From Planctomycetota bacterium (lineage in GTDB: Bacteria > Planctomycetota > UBA1135 > UBA2386), in contig OZ245838.1 in the NCBI GenBank assembly GCA_965228735.1, forward strand, positions 4,096,001-4,160,000: 64,000 nt of DNA, in the 5' to 3' direction. Under the pieces are notes generated by a model, which searched no databases, was not told the DNA's origin, and saw nothing but the letters and a program-made list of their open reading frames with translations. The position numbers and the translations under genes are program-made. Below, in pieces: positions 9,493-18,579 of the stretch. Within the stretch, counting starts at the first letter, position 1; each line of letters begins with the position of its first letter.

Positions 9493-10754
9493 GCAAGGGG
9501 CGCGAGCGCTCCCGCACCGGCGGGTCGCCGCGCGGGCTGCGCGGCGAGGCGCTCGTCCTCGCCCTGCGAGCGGCGCGCGAGCGCACGCTGGCGGCCGTGA
9601 ACGACCTCGACGACGCGCAGTGGCGCGTGCCGTTCGACCCCGGCATCCAGCCCGTGGCGTGGGACCTAGCGCACGTCGGCTGGTTCGCCGAGTTCTGGAT
9701 GCTCCGCGGGCCGCACCGAATCGCGCACGACGGCATCGTCCGCGCCGACCGCGGTGCGCGGCTCTTGCCGCCCGACGAGCACTATGACTCCGCGCAGATC
9801 GACCACCGCGACCGCTGGCAGATCGCGCTCTATCCCCGCGCGACGCTCCTCGAACGCCTCGCCGATCAGCTCGAGGCGTGCTGCCAACATGCACGATCAA
9901 CAACTGGCGGCGACGAACTGTGGAGTGCACGCATGAGCCTCTACCACGAGTGCATGCACCACGAGGCGTTGCTCTGGACGCGCGATCGCCTCGGTTACCC
10001 GGCAGTCGATGGCTACGCGATGCCGGCGCGGCCATCCCGAGGTGGCGACGACCGCGGGCTCCCCCTCGATGGCGGCGTGCAGGAACTCGGTCGCGACCCC
10101 GCGCACGAGTTCGCGTTCGACAACGAACAGCCACTCTCACGCCATCGCATCGCCCCGTTCCGCATCGACCGCACGCTCGTGACCAACGGTCAGTTCCTCG
10201 AGTTCGTCACTGCTGGCGGCTACCGCGAACCGCGCTACTGGATGGGCCCGGCCGCGACCTACCGCGCGCGCATCGAGCGCGAGCACCCGGAGCGTTGGCG
10301 CCGGGCCGGCGGCCAGCAGGACGGCAACGAGTTCGAACACCGCTGGTTCGCCGAATGGCGCCCGCTCGCGCTCGACGAGCCGATCTGCCACCTCAGCGCG
10401 TTCGAGGCCGAAGCCTACTGCGCGTTCCGTGGCCGCCGCCTGCCGAGCGCGGCCGAATGGGAACACGCGGCCGCGGTCACGGCGAACACCGAGAACACCG
10501 CGCACGGGGCGAGCGCGGACTTCGATTGGGGTGGCACGGTGTGGGAGTGGACGTCGACCCCGTTCGCGCCGTATCCGTTCTTTCGGCCTGGTCCGTACAC
10601 GACCTACTCCGCGCCGTGGTTCGGGAGCCAGCGCGAGACCCGCGGCGGCGCGTTCGCAACCGACCCGCTGCTCCACGACCGCGCCTACCGCAACTTCTTC
10701 CTGCCGTTTCGCACCGACGTCTTCACCGGCTTTCGCACGGCAGTGGACGGGTAA
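9489..10754 (+). CDS. EgtB/SenA-family non-heme iron enzyme (DinB-like plus FGE-sulfatase domains), SenA-like motifs
   Basis: GTG at 9489 overlaps the egtD stop. WDLAHVGWF and HECMH give the His triad; FAFDNE, RLPSAAEWE, VWEWT, YRNFF...GFRT also present. Confidence 0.85.
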   Translation: MSKGRERSRTGGSPRGLRGEALVLALRAARERTLAAVNDLDDAQWRVPFDPGIQPVAWDLAHVGWFAEFWMLRGPHRIAHDGIVRADRGARLLPPDEHYDSAQIDHRDRWQIALYPRATLLERLADQLEACCQHARSTTGGDELWSARMSLYHECMHHEALLWTRDRLGYPAVDGYAMPARPSRGGDDRGLPLDGGVQELGRDPAHEFAFDNEQPLSRHRIAPFRIDRTLVTNGQFLEFVTAGGYREPRYWMGPAATYRARIEREHPERWRRAGGQQDGNEFEHRWFAEWRPLALDEPICHLSAFEAEAYCAFRGRRLPSAAEWEHAAAVTANTENTAHGASADFDWGGTVWEWTSTPFAPYPFFRPGPYTTYSAPWFGSQRETRGGAFATDPLLHDRAYRNFFLPFRTDVFTGFRTAVDG

Positions 10755-10775
10755 CGCGGAGGTCCAACGCGCCCG

Positions 10776-13055
10776 CTACGCGGGCAGCGGCAGAGGCTGC
10801 GGCGCACCGGCGGAAACCGGCAACCCGACCGCCGATGCCGGCGCCGACGCGGCCACGAGGGGCACGATGGGTTCGCTGCACTCCCGACCCTGCGCCGACA
10901 GACAACCCGCGAGCCGTTCGATGGCGGCTGCAGCGTCACTCCACCGGAACCGCTCGCGCACGGCAGCCGCGTTCGACTGCGCCGTCGCAGTTCGCGCCGG
11001 CAGGTCGCGCAGCGTCTCGACGAGCAACCGAGCCGCCGCATCGGGGTCGGGCTCGAGCACCCAGGGCGTGCCCACGTGCGAGCCGGGCAACTCGAGCTCA
11101 CGACGGGTCGCCGGGATCGGCCACGCGCCAGGCACTTCGAGCATCGCATCCGCGCCGCCACCGGACGTCGTGATCACCGGCAGACCGACCACTCGAGCCT
11201 CGAGGACGGGCAGCCCGAAGCCCTCACCGCGATACGGATGCAGCAACACGTCGCAGGCGCGGTAGAGCCCGGCGAGCTCCCGCCGCGCGAGCGGTGCGTC
11301 GACGACGTGCAGCGGCGGTGTTCCCGCGGTGTCGCGGAACCGCTCGATCAAGTCGCCGAGATGGAACTGACCGTAGTGCCGATCGCGACCGACCGACTTC
11401 ACGACGACGACGAAGTCGAGCCCCGCGGCGCGCGCCGCGAGCACGGTGCGCATGAACACGTCGAAGCCCTTGCGCCACACGAGCCCGCCGCAGAACAGCA
11501 CCGCGGGCCGGTCCCCCTTCCATTGGACCAGGTCAGCAGCCGGCGCGACGTTCTGGTGCATCACTTCGTCGACGCCGTGCGGCACGAGCGCGATCGTCGC
11601 CGGATCCCGCCCGGCAGCAGCAACGCAATCGCGAACGTGCGCGCTGTGCACGACCACGACGTCGGCGTCCTGCGTCACGTGCGGCGTGAGATCGACCGGC
11701 AACGCGCCGTATTCCCAATCGACGCGCAAACCGAACACGCGACAGTCGGGGCGGTCGACGCGCGGCGGCCAGCCGGCCGCGAGCCACAGGTCGGCGCGGC
11801 CCGGCTGCCGCGACAGGCACGACTCGAGTTCGGGAGCACGCCGCCGGAACGCCGCGAGCCCGTGCTCGAACGGCCCCCGCGGCACCAGCCGCAGATCGAC
11901 GTTGCCGCGTTGCTGCAGCGCCCGCGCGGTCTCGATCGTGAGTTCGGCGCTCGACGAGGTCTCGAAGAACGGTGCCTCGAGCACGACGACCGGTCTCGTA
12001 TCACCGAGCGCCCGCGGCACCGCCGGCGCCGGTGCCGGTCGCCCGCGAACGAAGTTCTCCACGACGTGCCGCCGCCCGCGATCGCCGACCATCGCGCCGC
12101 CGCGCCCGAACGCCGCTTCCACGGCCGCGATCAGCGCATCGACATCGGGCTCGAAGCGGTCGCCGGTTCGCGTGCCACCGATCCGGCTCGCGACACCCGG
12201 CACCGCGATGGCCGGGGCGGCCGATGGGCTCGCGCTCACGCATACCGGGCGGCCGCTCGCGAGCCACTGGATGAGTTCTTCGGCCGCGGGCACGGCGCGC
12301 GCGGGCACCAGGATCGCAGCCGCGTCGACGCAGTGCTCGGGCCCGAATCGACCGCGGACGATGTCGACCTTGCCGGGCGACAGCCGGGCCCGCTGCAGCA
12401 GTTGCGCCGCCCGTTCGCCCGCCACTCCGAGGTCGACGGCGTCCTCCGGCCAGACGATGCGCAGCCTACGATCCGCTCGCGCGAGCCCCGCCGCCCATGC
12501 CGCCAGCACGAGATCGGTGCCGCCGCGGTCCACGTCATACGCCGAATGAACGATCGTGTCGCGCGGGCCGTCGCTCGGAATCGCGAGCCACGGCGCTATC
12601 CGCGCCTCACTGGCGGCGCCCGCGGGCGCGTCGTTGCCGCCCCAGCGCAGCTCGCCGAGCACCCGGTCCAGCACATCGACGGGCGCCCGGCTCGGCGCGG
12701 CCGCGAGCACGACACAGGCCCGGGGCCACTCGAGGCCAGCGAGGCGCGTGGCGTCGTCGAGGACGGACTCCGCCCCGAACACCACGAGCGGCGCGGTGCT
12801 CGCCACCGGCGTATCCGCCGCGCGCATGAGCAGCTGGATCTCGGCTGCCGGCAGGCGGGTGCCCACCTCGAGGTCGCGCACACCGTCCGTCAGCGGAATC
12901 GCGGTCTCACCCGCGAGCGGCGGCCGCGTCCGCACCGCGCCGAGCGCCAGCGAACACTGCAGCCCAGAGCCGTTCGCCAGACGCAGGAAGGTGCGCAGGA
13001 GGTTCGCCGCCGCATCCTCCCCGAAGGGATCGCCGTAGATGCGAACGTGGCTCAT
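10776..13055 (-). CDS. Multi-domain glycosyltransferase, family 4 (GT-B)
   Basis: C-terminal WRKGFD and DVLLHPYRGEGFGLPVLEA motifs; the N-terminal half looks like a degenerate GT-B domain. Confidence 0.8.
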   Translation of the reverse strand: MSHVRIYGDPFGEDAAANLLRTFLRLANGSGLQCSLALGAVRTRPPLAGETAIPLTDGVRDLEVGTRLPAAEIQLLMRAADTPVASTAPLVVFGAESVLDDATRLAGLEWPRACVVLAAAPSRAPVDVLDRVLGELRWGGNDAPAGAASEARIAPWLAIPSDGPRDTIVHSAYDVDRGGTDLVLAAWAAGLARADRRLRIVWPEDAVDLGVAGERAAQLLQRARLSPGKVDIVRGRFGPEHCVDAAAILVPARAVPAAEELIQWLASGRPVCVSASPSAAPAIAVPGVASRIGGTRTGDRFEPDVDALIAAVEAAFGRGGAMVGDRGRRHVVENFVRGRPAPAPAVPRALGDTRPVVVLEAPFFETSSSAELTIETARALQQRGNVDLRLVPRGPFEHGLAAFRRRAPELESCLSRQPGRADLWLAAGWPPRVDRPDCRVFGLRVDWEYGALPVDLTPHVTQDADVVVVHSAHVRDCVAAAGRDPATIALVPHGVDEVMHQNVAPAADLVQWKGDRPAVLFCGGLVWRKGFDVFMRTVLAARAAGLDFVVVVKSVGRDRHYGQFHLGDLIERFRDTAGTPPLHVVDAPLARRELAGLYRACDVLLHPYRGEGFGLPVLEARVVGLPVITTSGGGADAMLEVPGAWPIPATRRELELPGSHVGTPWVLEPDPDAAARLLVETLRDLPARTATAQSNAAAVRERFRWSDAAAAIERLAGCLSAQGRECSEPIVPLVAASAPASAVGLPVSAGAPQPLPLPA

Positions 13056-13251
13056 CGCGCCGTGTCATCGGTGGTTTCCCGACCCGAACATGATCCGAAT
13101 TCGCCGGGCCGGGACCCCGGCGACTCCCCCGGCCACGGCAGGCCCCGCAAGGTGTTTCGCGGCCGGCACTTGGCGCGCGCCCGGCGGCCCCGTGCACACT
13201 CAATGCACCAGCTACTGGCGTGGGACCGGCGCAGTGGCAAGATCGCGGGCA

Positions 13252-14235
13252 ATGCCCCCTGAGCCGCGCTCCCACCCCGACCGCCGCGCCGCGACGCTGG
13301 CGACCGCTGAGTCGGCGGATCCGCGACCGGCACCGGAGAACGGTGCGTTCCTGGTGCCAGGGCCCGGCGCCCGCGACTGCCGCATGGACCTCAAGCTGCT
13401 GATGTGGCGCGCGCGCGCCGCGGCACAACGGTCGCAGGCCGCGGCGCAACATCTCGACCGCTTCGATCCGAAGACCCGGCCCGACCTCTGGGCCGGCACG
13501 GTGCAGGACGGGACGGCGCGCGGCTTCGCCGCGGCGCTCGAGGAGGCGATCGATCTGGCCGGGGCACCACCGGCCCCCGAACCGGCCGAGCCCGGCGGTC
13601 CGCTCGCGAATCCCGAACAGCCCGTCCAGGAGTTCACCGGCCGCGAGCTCCGCCGGAAGAAGGATCTCCTCGTCGCGAGCGGCGGTCCGCGGGTGCGGTT
13701 CTCGCGCCGCGAGGGCCTGCTGTTCGTCGACCGTTCGAGCGCCACCAACTCGCCGAACTGTCTGCGGTTCGAAGCCCGCCGGGATCACGGCACGCTCGAC
13801 GACTTCGTCGCCGACGCCGACGAACGGCCGCGGCTGTTCTCGGCCCAGTTCCTGCAACCGGTGCGTTACTGCGCTGGCCCGGGCGGCACCCGGCTCGAAC
13901 TCGGCGGCCGGCTCGGCCGCGGGCCCGTCGGCTGGCCCATGACGCTGACGATCGCCGGGGCACCGACCAACGCCGAACTGCGCCTGACCCTCCGCATCGA
14001 GACGTGCCCGCCGGACTGGCGCCTGCGCGCCCGCTTTCTCGGACTGCGGCCAGAACACCTCGTCCACGAGTGCGAAGACGTGCGCGACGTGGTGCAGAGT
14101 GACGCGGGCGGGTTCGTCGCGTTCACGTTGGCACGGCCGAGCGCTGCGTTGCTGGTCGACGGCGAACCGGTCGCGGTCCCGGCCGCGGCGCGACTCGGAC
14201 CGCTGGTGCACGACTTCGTGCTGCGATCAGGATGA
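13252..14235 (+). CDS. Hypothetical protein, weak resemblance to GH38 C-terminal beta domain
   Basis: ATG 13252 chosen because the longer ORF overlaps the GT start. LRFE...D.G and DWRLRARF recall alpha-mannosidase C-terminal motifs. Confidence 0.45.
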   Translation: MPPEPRSHPDRRAATLATAESADPRPAPENGAFLVPGPGARDCRMDLKLLMWRARAAAQRSQAAAQHLDRFDPKTRPDLWAGTVQDGTARGFAAALEEAIDLAGAPPAPEPAEPGGPLANPEQPVQEFTGRELRRKKDLLVASGGPRVRFSRREGLLFVDRSSATNSPNCLRFEARRDHGTLDDFVADADERPRLFSAQFLQPVRYCAGPGGTRLELGGRLGRGPVGWPMTLTIAGAPTNAELRLTLRIETCPPDWRLRARFLGLRPEHLVHECEDVRDVVQSDAGGFVAFTLARPSAALLVDGEPVAVPAAARLGPLVHDFVLRSG

Positions 14236-14353
14236 CGGGCGGCAAGCCTGCCAGGCGCCACGCCCGTCGGAGAGCGCACCCGGCAACGTGAACCCGATTC
14301 GCTACGGATCGGTTTCGGTAGGGCCGGTTCGGTACGGGCCGGCTCGATGCGGT

Positions 14354-16000
14354 TCAGCTGGGCTTCCAGTACTCGTTGCCGTCGCGATCCCAGATCTGGT
14401 AGCCGATGTCCATGCGTTCGGCGAGTTCGATCAGGGCTGCGATGTGGTCGCCGTAGACGAAGCCGAGGTGATTCGATGGCCAGCGTTTGCCGAGCACCTT
14501 GTCCGACACCGGCACCCTGCCTTCGATGATCGGCCAGCTCGGGTTGTAGTCGTTGTGCCGTGACTTCTTGACGGCCGTCGTGCGCATCAGCGTCGCGACG
14601 AGGTAGAGCCGACCGTTCTCGACCCCGAGCCGCGCGACCGTGACGTCCTGATCCGCTGCCGTGCGCATGCGGACCGCGGCGCCGCCGGCGGCGTAGAAGT
14701 GCTCCTGCCCCGGGTACTCGACCTCGCTGAGCTTGCTCGCCGTCGAGTCGTCTTCGTGACCGGCGTAGTAGACCGGATGCTGACCGCAGTTCACGATCGC
14801 GAGCAGGGTCTGGCCGCGCTTGTCCGTCTTGACGTAGCGGAAGTCGCCGAAGCCCGCCGGCTTGCCGGCGAGCTCCTTCAGCAGGTACTGCGAATACATC
14901 GTCGGCAGATCCGTCTCGCAGCTCGTCGGGATCATCTGCTTCTTGCGACCGAGCGGGTCGACGTCGTTGCCGAGGAACGACGTCGCCATGCAACACGTCG
15001 CGTAGCGACCGCTGCACTCGTCCTGACACTTGATCGTGACCGCGCCCGCGCCCTTCTCGCGCGCGATGTCGAACGTTGCGTAGTACATCGCGATCTGCAG
15101 CGCGTACTTGTCACGCGTCACGGTTCGGCCACGGATCACGCCGAAGCGCTTCGGGTCGGTGTCGTAGTTGGCGCCGACGGCCCGACGAACGCGGGCGTCG
15201 CGGATGCGTTCGATATCCGAAAGTCCGGGCTGTCCCGCCCAGTCGAACATCTCGAACGCGCGGTCGAGGAAGACCTGCTGGTCGAGGCTCTCGCTCGTGA
15301 TTCCCCACCGCCGGGTCAGCTCCTCCTGGTCGATCCGCGTCGTCGGCATCTTGAGGGAGAACGAGCCGAACTCGAGCGCGTGCAGCTTGTGCAGCCCTTC
15401 GACGACCTTCTTGACCCGTTGCTCCTGCGCCGCGCGCTGCGCGAACATCGCGAGGGCGGCCTCGAGTTCGCCGAACGCCTGCGCGCCCTCGAAGTCGCCG
15501 TAGACGTGCACGAACGACTCGCCGTTCTGGTTGAACGAACCGCCCGTCGCCATGCCCGACACCATGCCTGGCACGGTCGTGTCCTGGATCGACATCAGCA
15601 CGAGCCGCGGCTTCGCGGTCGCGTCCGTGGCCTTGAGCTTCTGCGCGTAGGCGGCGACGACCTTCTGGCTCGTCTGCGGAAACGTCCACGTCTGATGCAC
15701 GTTGACGAGTGCATCGACACCGACCTTCGCGAACTCGGCCGCGTACTGCTCGCACAACGCGGTCGAATGGCACAGTCGGTCGTAGCCCGCGAGTTTCTTC
15801 CCGGGATACACGACGTCGTACTTGCCGGTCTTCTGCAGGCGTTGGATCAACCGTTGCATCACTCCGATATCGTGCTCGGCGTGATCGCGCATGACCCAGG
15901 GGCGCGGGTCGTAACCCGAGAACACGCCGACGCGGATCTTGCGCGGGCGTGAAGGAGAAGAACGCGAAGCGCGCTTCGCGGCCGTGGTCCGGGCAGTCAT
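14354..16000 (-). CDS. L-fucose/L-arabinose isomerase family protein
   Basis: IKCQDE, SCETD, NCG and C-terminal SNHLGFVYGD give the E/D/H metal-ligand pattern of FucI/AraA-like enzymes. Confidence 0.7.
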   Translation of the reverse strand: MTARTTAAKRASRSSPSRPRKIRVGVFSGYDPRPWVMRDHAEHDIGVMQRLIQRLQKTGKYDVVYPGKKLAGYDRLCHSTALCEQYAAEFAKVGVDALVNVHQTWTFPQTSQKVVAAYAQKLKATDATAKPRLVLMSIQDTTVPGMVSGMATGGSFNQNGESFVHVYGDFEGAQAFGELEAALAMFAQRAAQEQRVKKVVEGLHKLHALEFGSFSLKMPTTRIDQEELTRRWGITSESLDQQVFLDRAFEMFDWAGQPGLSDIERIRDARVRRAVGANYDTDPKRFGVIRGRTVTRDKYALQIAMYYATFDIAREKGAGAVTIKCQDECSGRYATCCMATSFLGNDVDPLGRKKQMIPTSCETDLPTMYSQYLLKELAGKPAGFGDFRYVKTDKRGQTLLAIVNCGQHPVYYAGHEDDSTASKLSEVEYPGQEHFYAAGGAAVRMRTAADQDVTVARLGVENGRLYLVATLMRTTAVKKSRHNDYNPSWPIIEGRVPVSDKVLGKRWPSNHLGFVYGDHIAALIELAERMDIGYQIWDRDGNEYWKPS

Positions 16001-16075
16001 GAGCGCCGCAGTCTACTCGACATCAACTCGGGCTCGCGATACGTTGCGGGATCCCGTCCCCCGCCTCTCTGTCTC

Positions 16076-17596
16076 ATGTCGGAAGTTGCCTGGTTCAGCG
16101 CTGGCGCAGTCGTTGCGGCCGCCGTTGCCTGGAGCATCGGTCGCTGGCGCGCAGGCGACGAGAATCGGCGCCGGATGCGAAGCTCGATCCAGGTCGACGC
16201 CGACGGCATCGCGGCGGACCGCCGGGCAAGCGCGAGCCAGACCGTCGATCGACCCGTTGGCGAAGACGCGCTCGGCGAGGGTGCACGCCATCTCGTTGAT
16301 GAACGGCTGGCTGATGAACGGCTGGCTGATGAACGGCTGGCTGATGAACGGCTGGCTGGCAAGAACGGTCCGGACGCGGCAGCGCCGGTCGTCGACCTGC
16401 AGCAGTTCTCGGACCCAGGGCCGAACGGCGATTTCGACGGCGAACGCAGCGACGATCACGACACGCCACACGCGCTGTCGATCGACGCAACACCGCCCGA
16501 CGACGTCGACGGCCCACGCGTCGCACGTTCCGTCGCTCGCGAGATCGCCGACGTCGCGTCCGCCGTCGAAGGCAGCGCGTTCGACCTCGTCGAGGCTGCC
16601 CCCGAACCAGAGCGGGTGCCGCGCGCGGCCGAACGCTTCCTCGGCGCCGTGCAGCGACTCCGCGATCTGCACGCCAAGCTCGTGTCGTACGGCACGGAAG
16701 CGTCGCCGAGTGACGGCACTGCCGACTTCCGCGAGGTCGTAGACGGGCTCAAGGAAGAACTGCAGCACCTCCGACTCGGACTCGAGCTCGACACGGAGCT
16801 CCCGGCGAATCTGCCCGTGCTCGCGTGCAGCCCGAGTATCGCGCGCAACATCCTGCTCTTCGCGTGCTCGGCGATGTTCCGATCCGAACCCGGGGCGACC
16901 AACCTGACGATCTCCGCGGAACGCTCGCTCGTCGAGAACGAGCCGCGCCTCCGAATCGAGATGCTGCTCGAATGGGTCGTGGATCCGCGTGACGGTGCGC
17001 ACCCGGCGCCGCACGAGTCCGACGTCGCGTTGGCGATCGAGGCCGCGCGCCGGCTGGCCGAAGGCCATGGCGGCAAGATCCGGATGGACCGGCCGGCCGA
17101 TCGGGTGATCCGGACGAGCTTGCGCCTGCCCGCGTCGGTGCGGCCGCAGGAGTCCGAGCCGGAGACCGGCGAATCACGCACGGGGGCCGTTCACGTCCGG
17201 GCGGGCGCAGCAGCGCAGCAGCACGACTTCGGCGGCGCGCTCGTCGTCGAGGCCGACCCCGACGTGCGGGCGATGCTGGCGCGCGAGCTGCGAGCCCGCG
17301 GTCGGGCCGTGTTCGCGTGCGCGGACGGCAGCTCCGCGCGCACGTTCCTCGAAGCGACCCCGCAGCGGTTCGAACTGCTCATCGTCGACCAGGAACATCG
17401 ACTCGAGGACCGCGACGCGCTCGGCGAGACGATCCGGCGCCTGACCCCGGAACTCAAGATCTGCGTTCTCGGCCCGGCGGCCCAGGCGGCGGCGAGCGAC
17501 ACGACCGAGCCCGCATGGCCCGAAGTCTGCCGCCTGCAGAAGCCGTTCGGCGTCCACGAACTGCGGCGCGCACTCGCCTCCGTTCTCGACGCTTGA
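16076..17596 (+). CDS. Membrane-anchored degenerate hybrid histidine kinase/receiver protein (pseudokinase)
   Basis: N-terminal TM; HisKA-like helix lacking His; degenerate HATPase region (HGGKI); C-terminal receiver (LVVEAD, LLIVD, LQKPF). Confidence 0.7.
   Translation: MSEVAWFSAGAVVAAAVAWSIGRWRAGDENRRRMRSSIQVDADGIAADRRASASQTVDRPVGEDALGEGARHLVDERLADERLADERLADERLAGKNGPDAAAPVVDLQQFSDPGPNGDFDGERSDDHDTPHALSIDATPPDDVDGPRVARSVAREIADVASAVEGSAFDLVEAAPEPERVPRAAERFLGAVQRLRDLHAKLVSYGTEASPSDGTADFREVVDGLKEELQHLRLGLELDTELPANLPVLACSPSIARNILLFACSAMFRSEPGATNLTISAERSLVENEPRLRIEMLLEWVVDPRDGAHPAPHESDVALAIEAARRLAEGHGGKIRMDRPADRVIRTSLRLPASVRPQESEPETGESRTGAVHVRAGAAAQQHDFGGALVVEADPDVRAMLARELRARGRAVFACADGSSARTFLEATPQRFELLIVDQEHRLEDRDALGETIRRLTPELKICVLGPAAQAAASDTTEPAWPEVCRLQKPFGVHELRRALASVLDA
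16298..16357 (+). repeat. Perfect 15-bp tandem repeat x4 (GATGAACGGCTGGCT), encodes (DERLA)4
   Basis: Read directly from the sequence. Confidence 0.95.
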
Positions 17597-17624
17597 TAGG
17601 CTCGGCCGCTCGGAGGAACCCAAG

Positions 17625-18413
17625 CTGGCTCGCAAAGACAATCGCCCACCGGAGCAGTTCCGGCCCATCCGTTTCACGCGCTCGTTCACCGATCGCCCGG
17701 GCTCGGTCCTGACCGAGTGCGGCAACACCAAGGTGCTGTGCACAGTGTGTGTGCAGGATCAGGTCCCGATGTGGATGGCCAACCGCCACGCCGGCGGCTG
17801 GCTCACGGCCGAGTACGCGATGCTGCCCGGCGCCGGGCAGCCGCGCAAACCGCGCGACGGCCGCACGGGCCGACCGCCGGACGGCCGCAGCCTCGAGATC
17901 CAGCGGCTCATCGGCCGGGCGCTGCGCAGCTCGCTCGATCTCGCGGCACTGCCGGAGATCACCCTCTGGGTCGACTGCGACGTGATCAGCGCCGACGGCG
18001 GCACCCGGACGACGGCGATCAACGGCGCCGCGGTCGCGCTCTACGACGCGCTGCTGTGGCTCGAAGAACAGCGCAAGCTGCCGAACTGGCCGCTGCGCGG
18101 ACTCGTCGCCGCGATCTCCGTCGGGCTCGTTCAGGGCGAAGCGCTCTGCGACCTCGACTATCACGAGGACAGTTCGGCCGAAGTCGACCTCAACGTCGTG
18201 ACGAGCAGCAGCGGCAACCTGATCGAGATCCAGGGCACGGCCGAGAAGAAGCCGTTCAGCAACGAGCAGCTCCAGGAGATGCTCGGCATGGCCGGCAACG
18301 CCTGCACCGAGATCCGCACGCTGCAGAAGCAGGCCCTCGGCCTGCCGACCGGCGACAGCAGCAGCGACGGCGACAGCAGCAGCGACGGCGACAGCAGCAG
18401 CGACGGCGATTGA
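17625..18413 (+). CDS. rph: Ribonuclease PH, apparent CTG start
   Basis: GWLTAEYAMLP, GRSLEIQRLIGRALR, DCDVISADGGTRT, DLDYHEDS, EIQGTAE. The conserved N-terminus (RPIRFTR...GSVL..CGNTKVLCT) extends upstream of the listed ORF to CTG 17625, 8 nt after GGAGG. Confidence 0.93.
   Translation: MARKDNRPPEQFRPIRFTRSFTDRPGSVLTECGNTKVLCTVCVQDQVPMWMANRHAGGWLTAEYAMLPGAGQPRKPRDGRTGRPPDGRSLEIQRLIGRALRSSLDLAALPEITLWVDCDVISADGGTRTTAINGAAVALYDALLWLEEQRKLPNWPLRGLVAAISVGLVQGEALCDLDYHEDSSAEVDLNVVTSSSGNLIEIQGTAEKKPFSNEQLQEMLGMAGNACTEIRTLQKQALGLPTGDSSSDGDSSSDGDSSSDGD
18351..18410 (+). repeat. 18-bp tandem repeat x3.3 (GGCGACAGCAGCAGCGAC), encodes a GDSSSD tail on RNase PH
   Basis: Read directly from the sequence. 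Confidence 0.95.
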
Positions 18414-18495
18414 TCGCCCTCCCGCGCCGTCGGGAGACGCGCCGCGGGATAGAGACGTGCCGCGGGCCAAGGCGAAGAAGCGGTCCGTACATGCA

Positions 18496-18525
18496 ACCGG
18501 CCGCTGCCCGGAGGCAGCGGCCGGT
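18496..18525 (-). terminator. 13-bp perfect GC hairpin between convergent genes (loop UCCG on the minus strand)
   Basis: ACCGGCCGCTGCC-CGGA-GGCAGCGGCCGGT; no clear U-tract. Confidence 0.55.
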
Positions 18526-18579
18526 CGATCGATCTCGACCGGGCCAGAGGCCCGATCGTGAATCGTGATCAGCCCGTGA

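Noticed and set aside
10776..13055. GT4 gene as the missing senB
   Set aside because: It is convergent rather than co-transcribed, much longer than SenB, and has a generic EGFGLP GT4 motif.
14296..14353. Degenerate ~15-bp periodic sequence between convergent genes
   Set aside because: Too degenerate and GC-rich to distinguish from chance, and it does not match the 39.9/56.3 kb element.
16298..18410. Short tandem repeats as a possible CRISPR array
   Set aside because: Units are 15 and 18 bp, contiguous with no spacers, in-frame within genes, and no cas genes are present.
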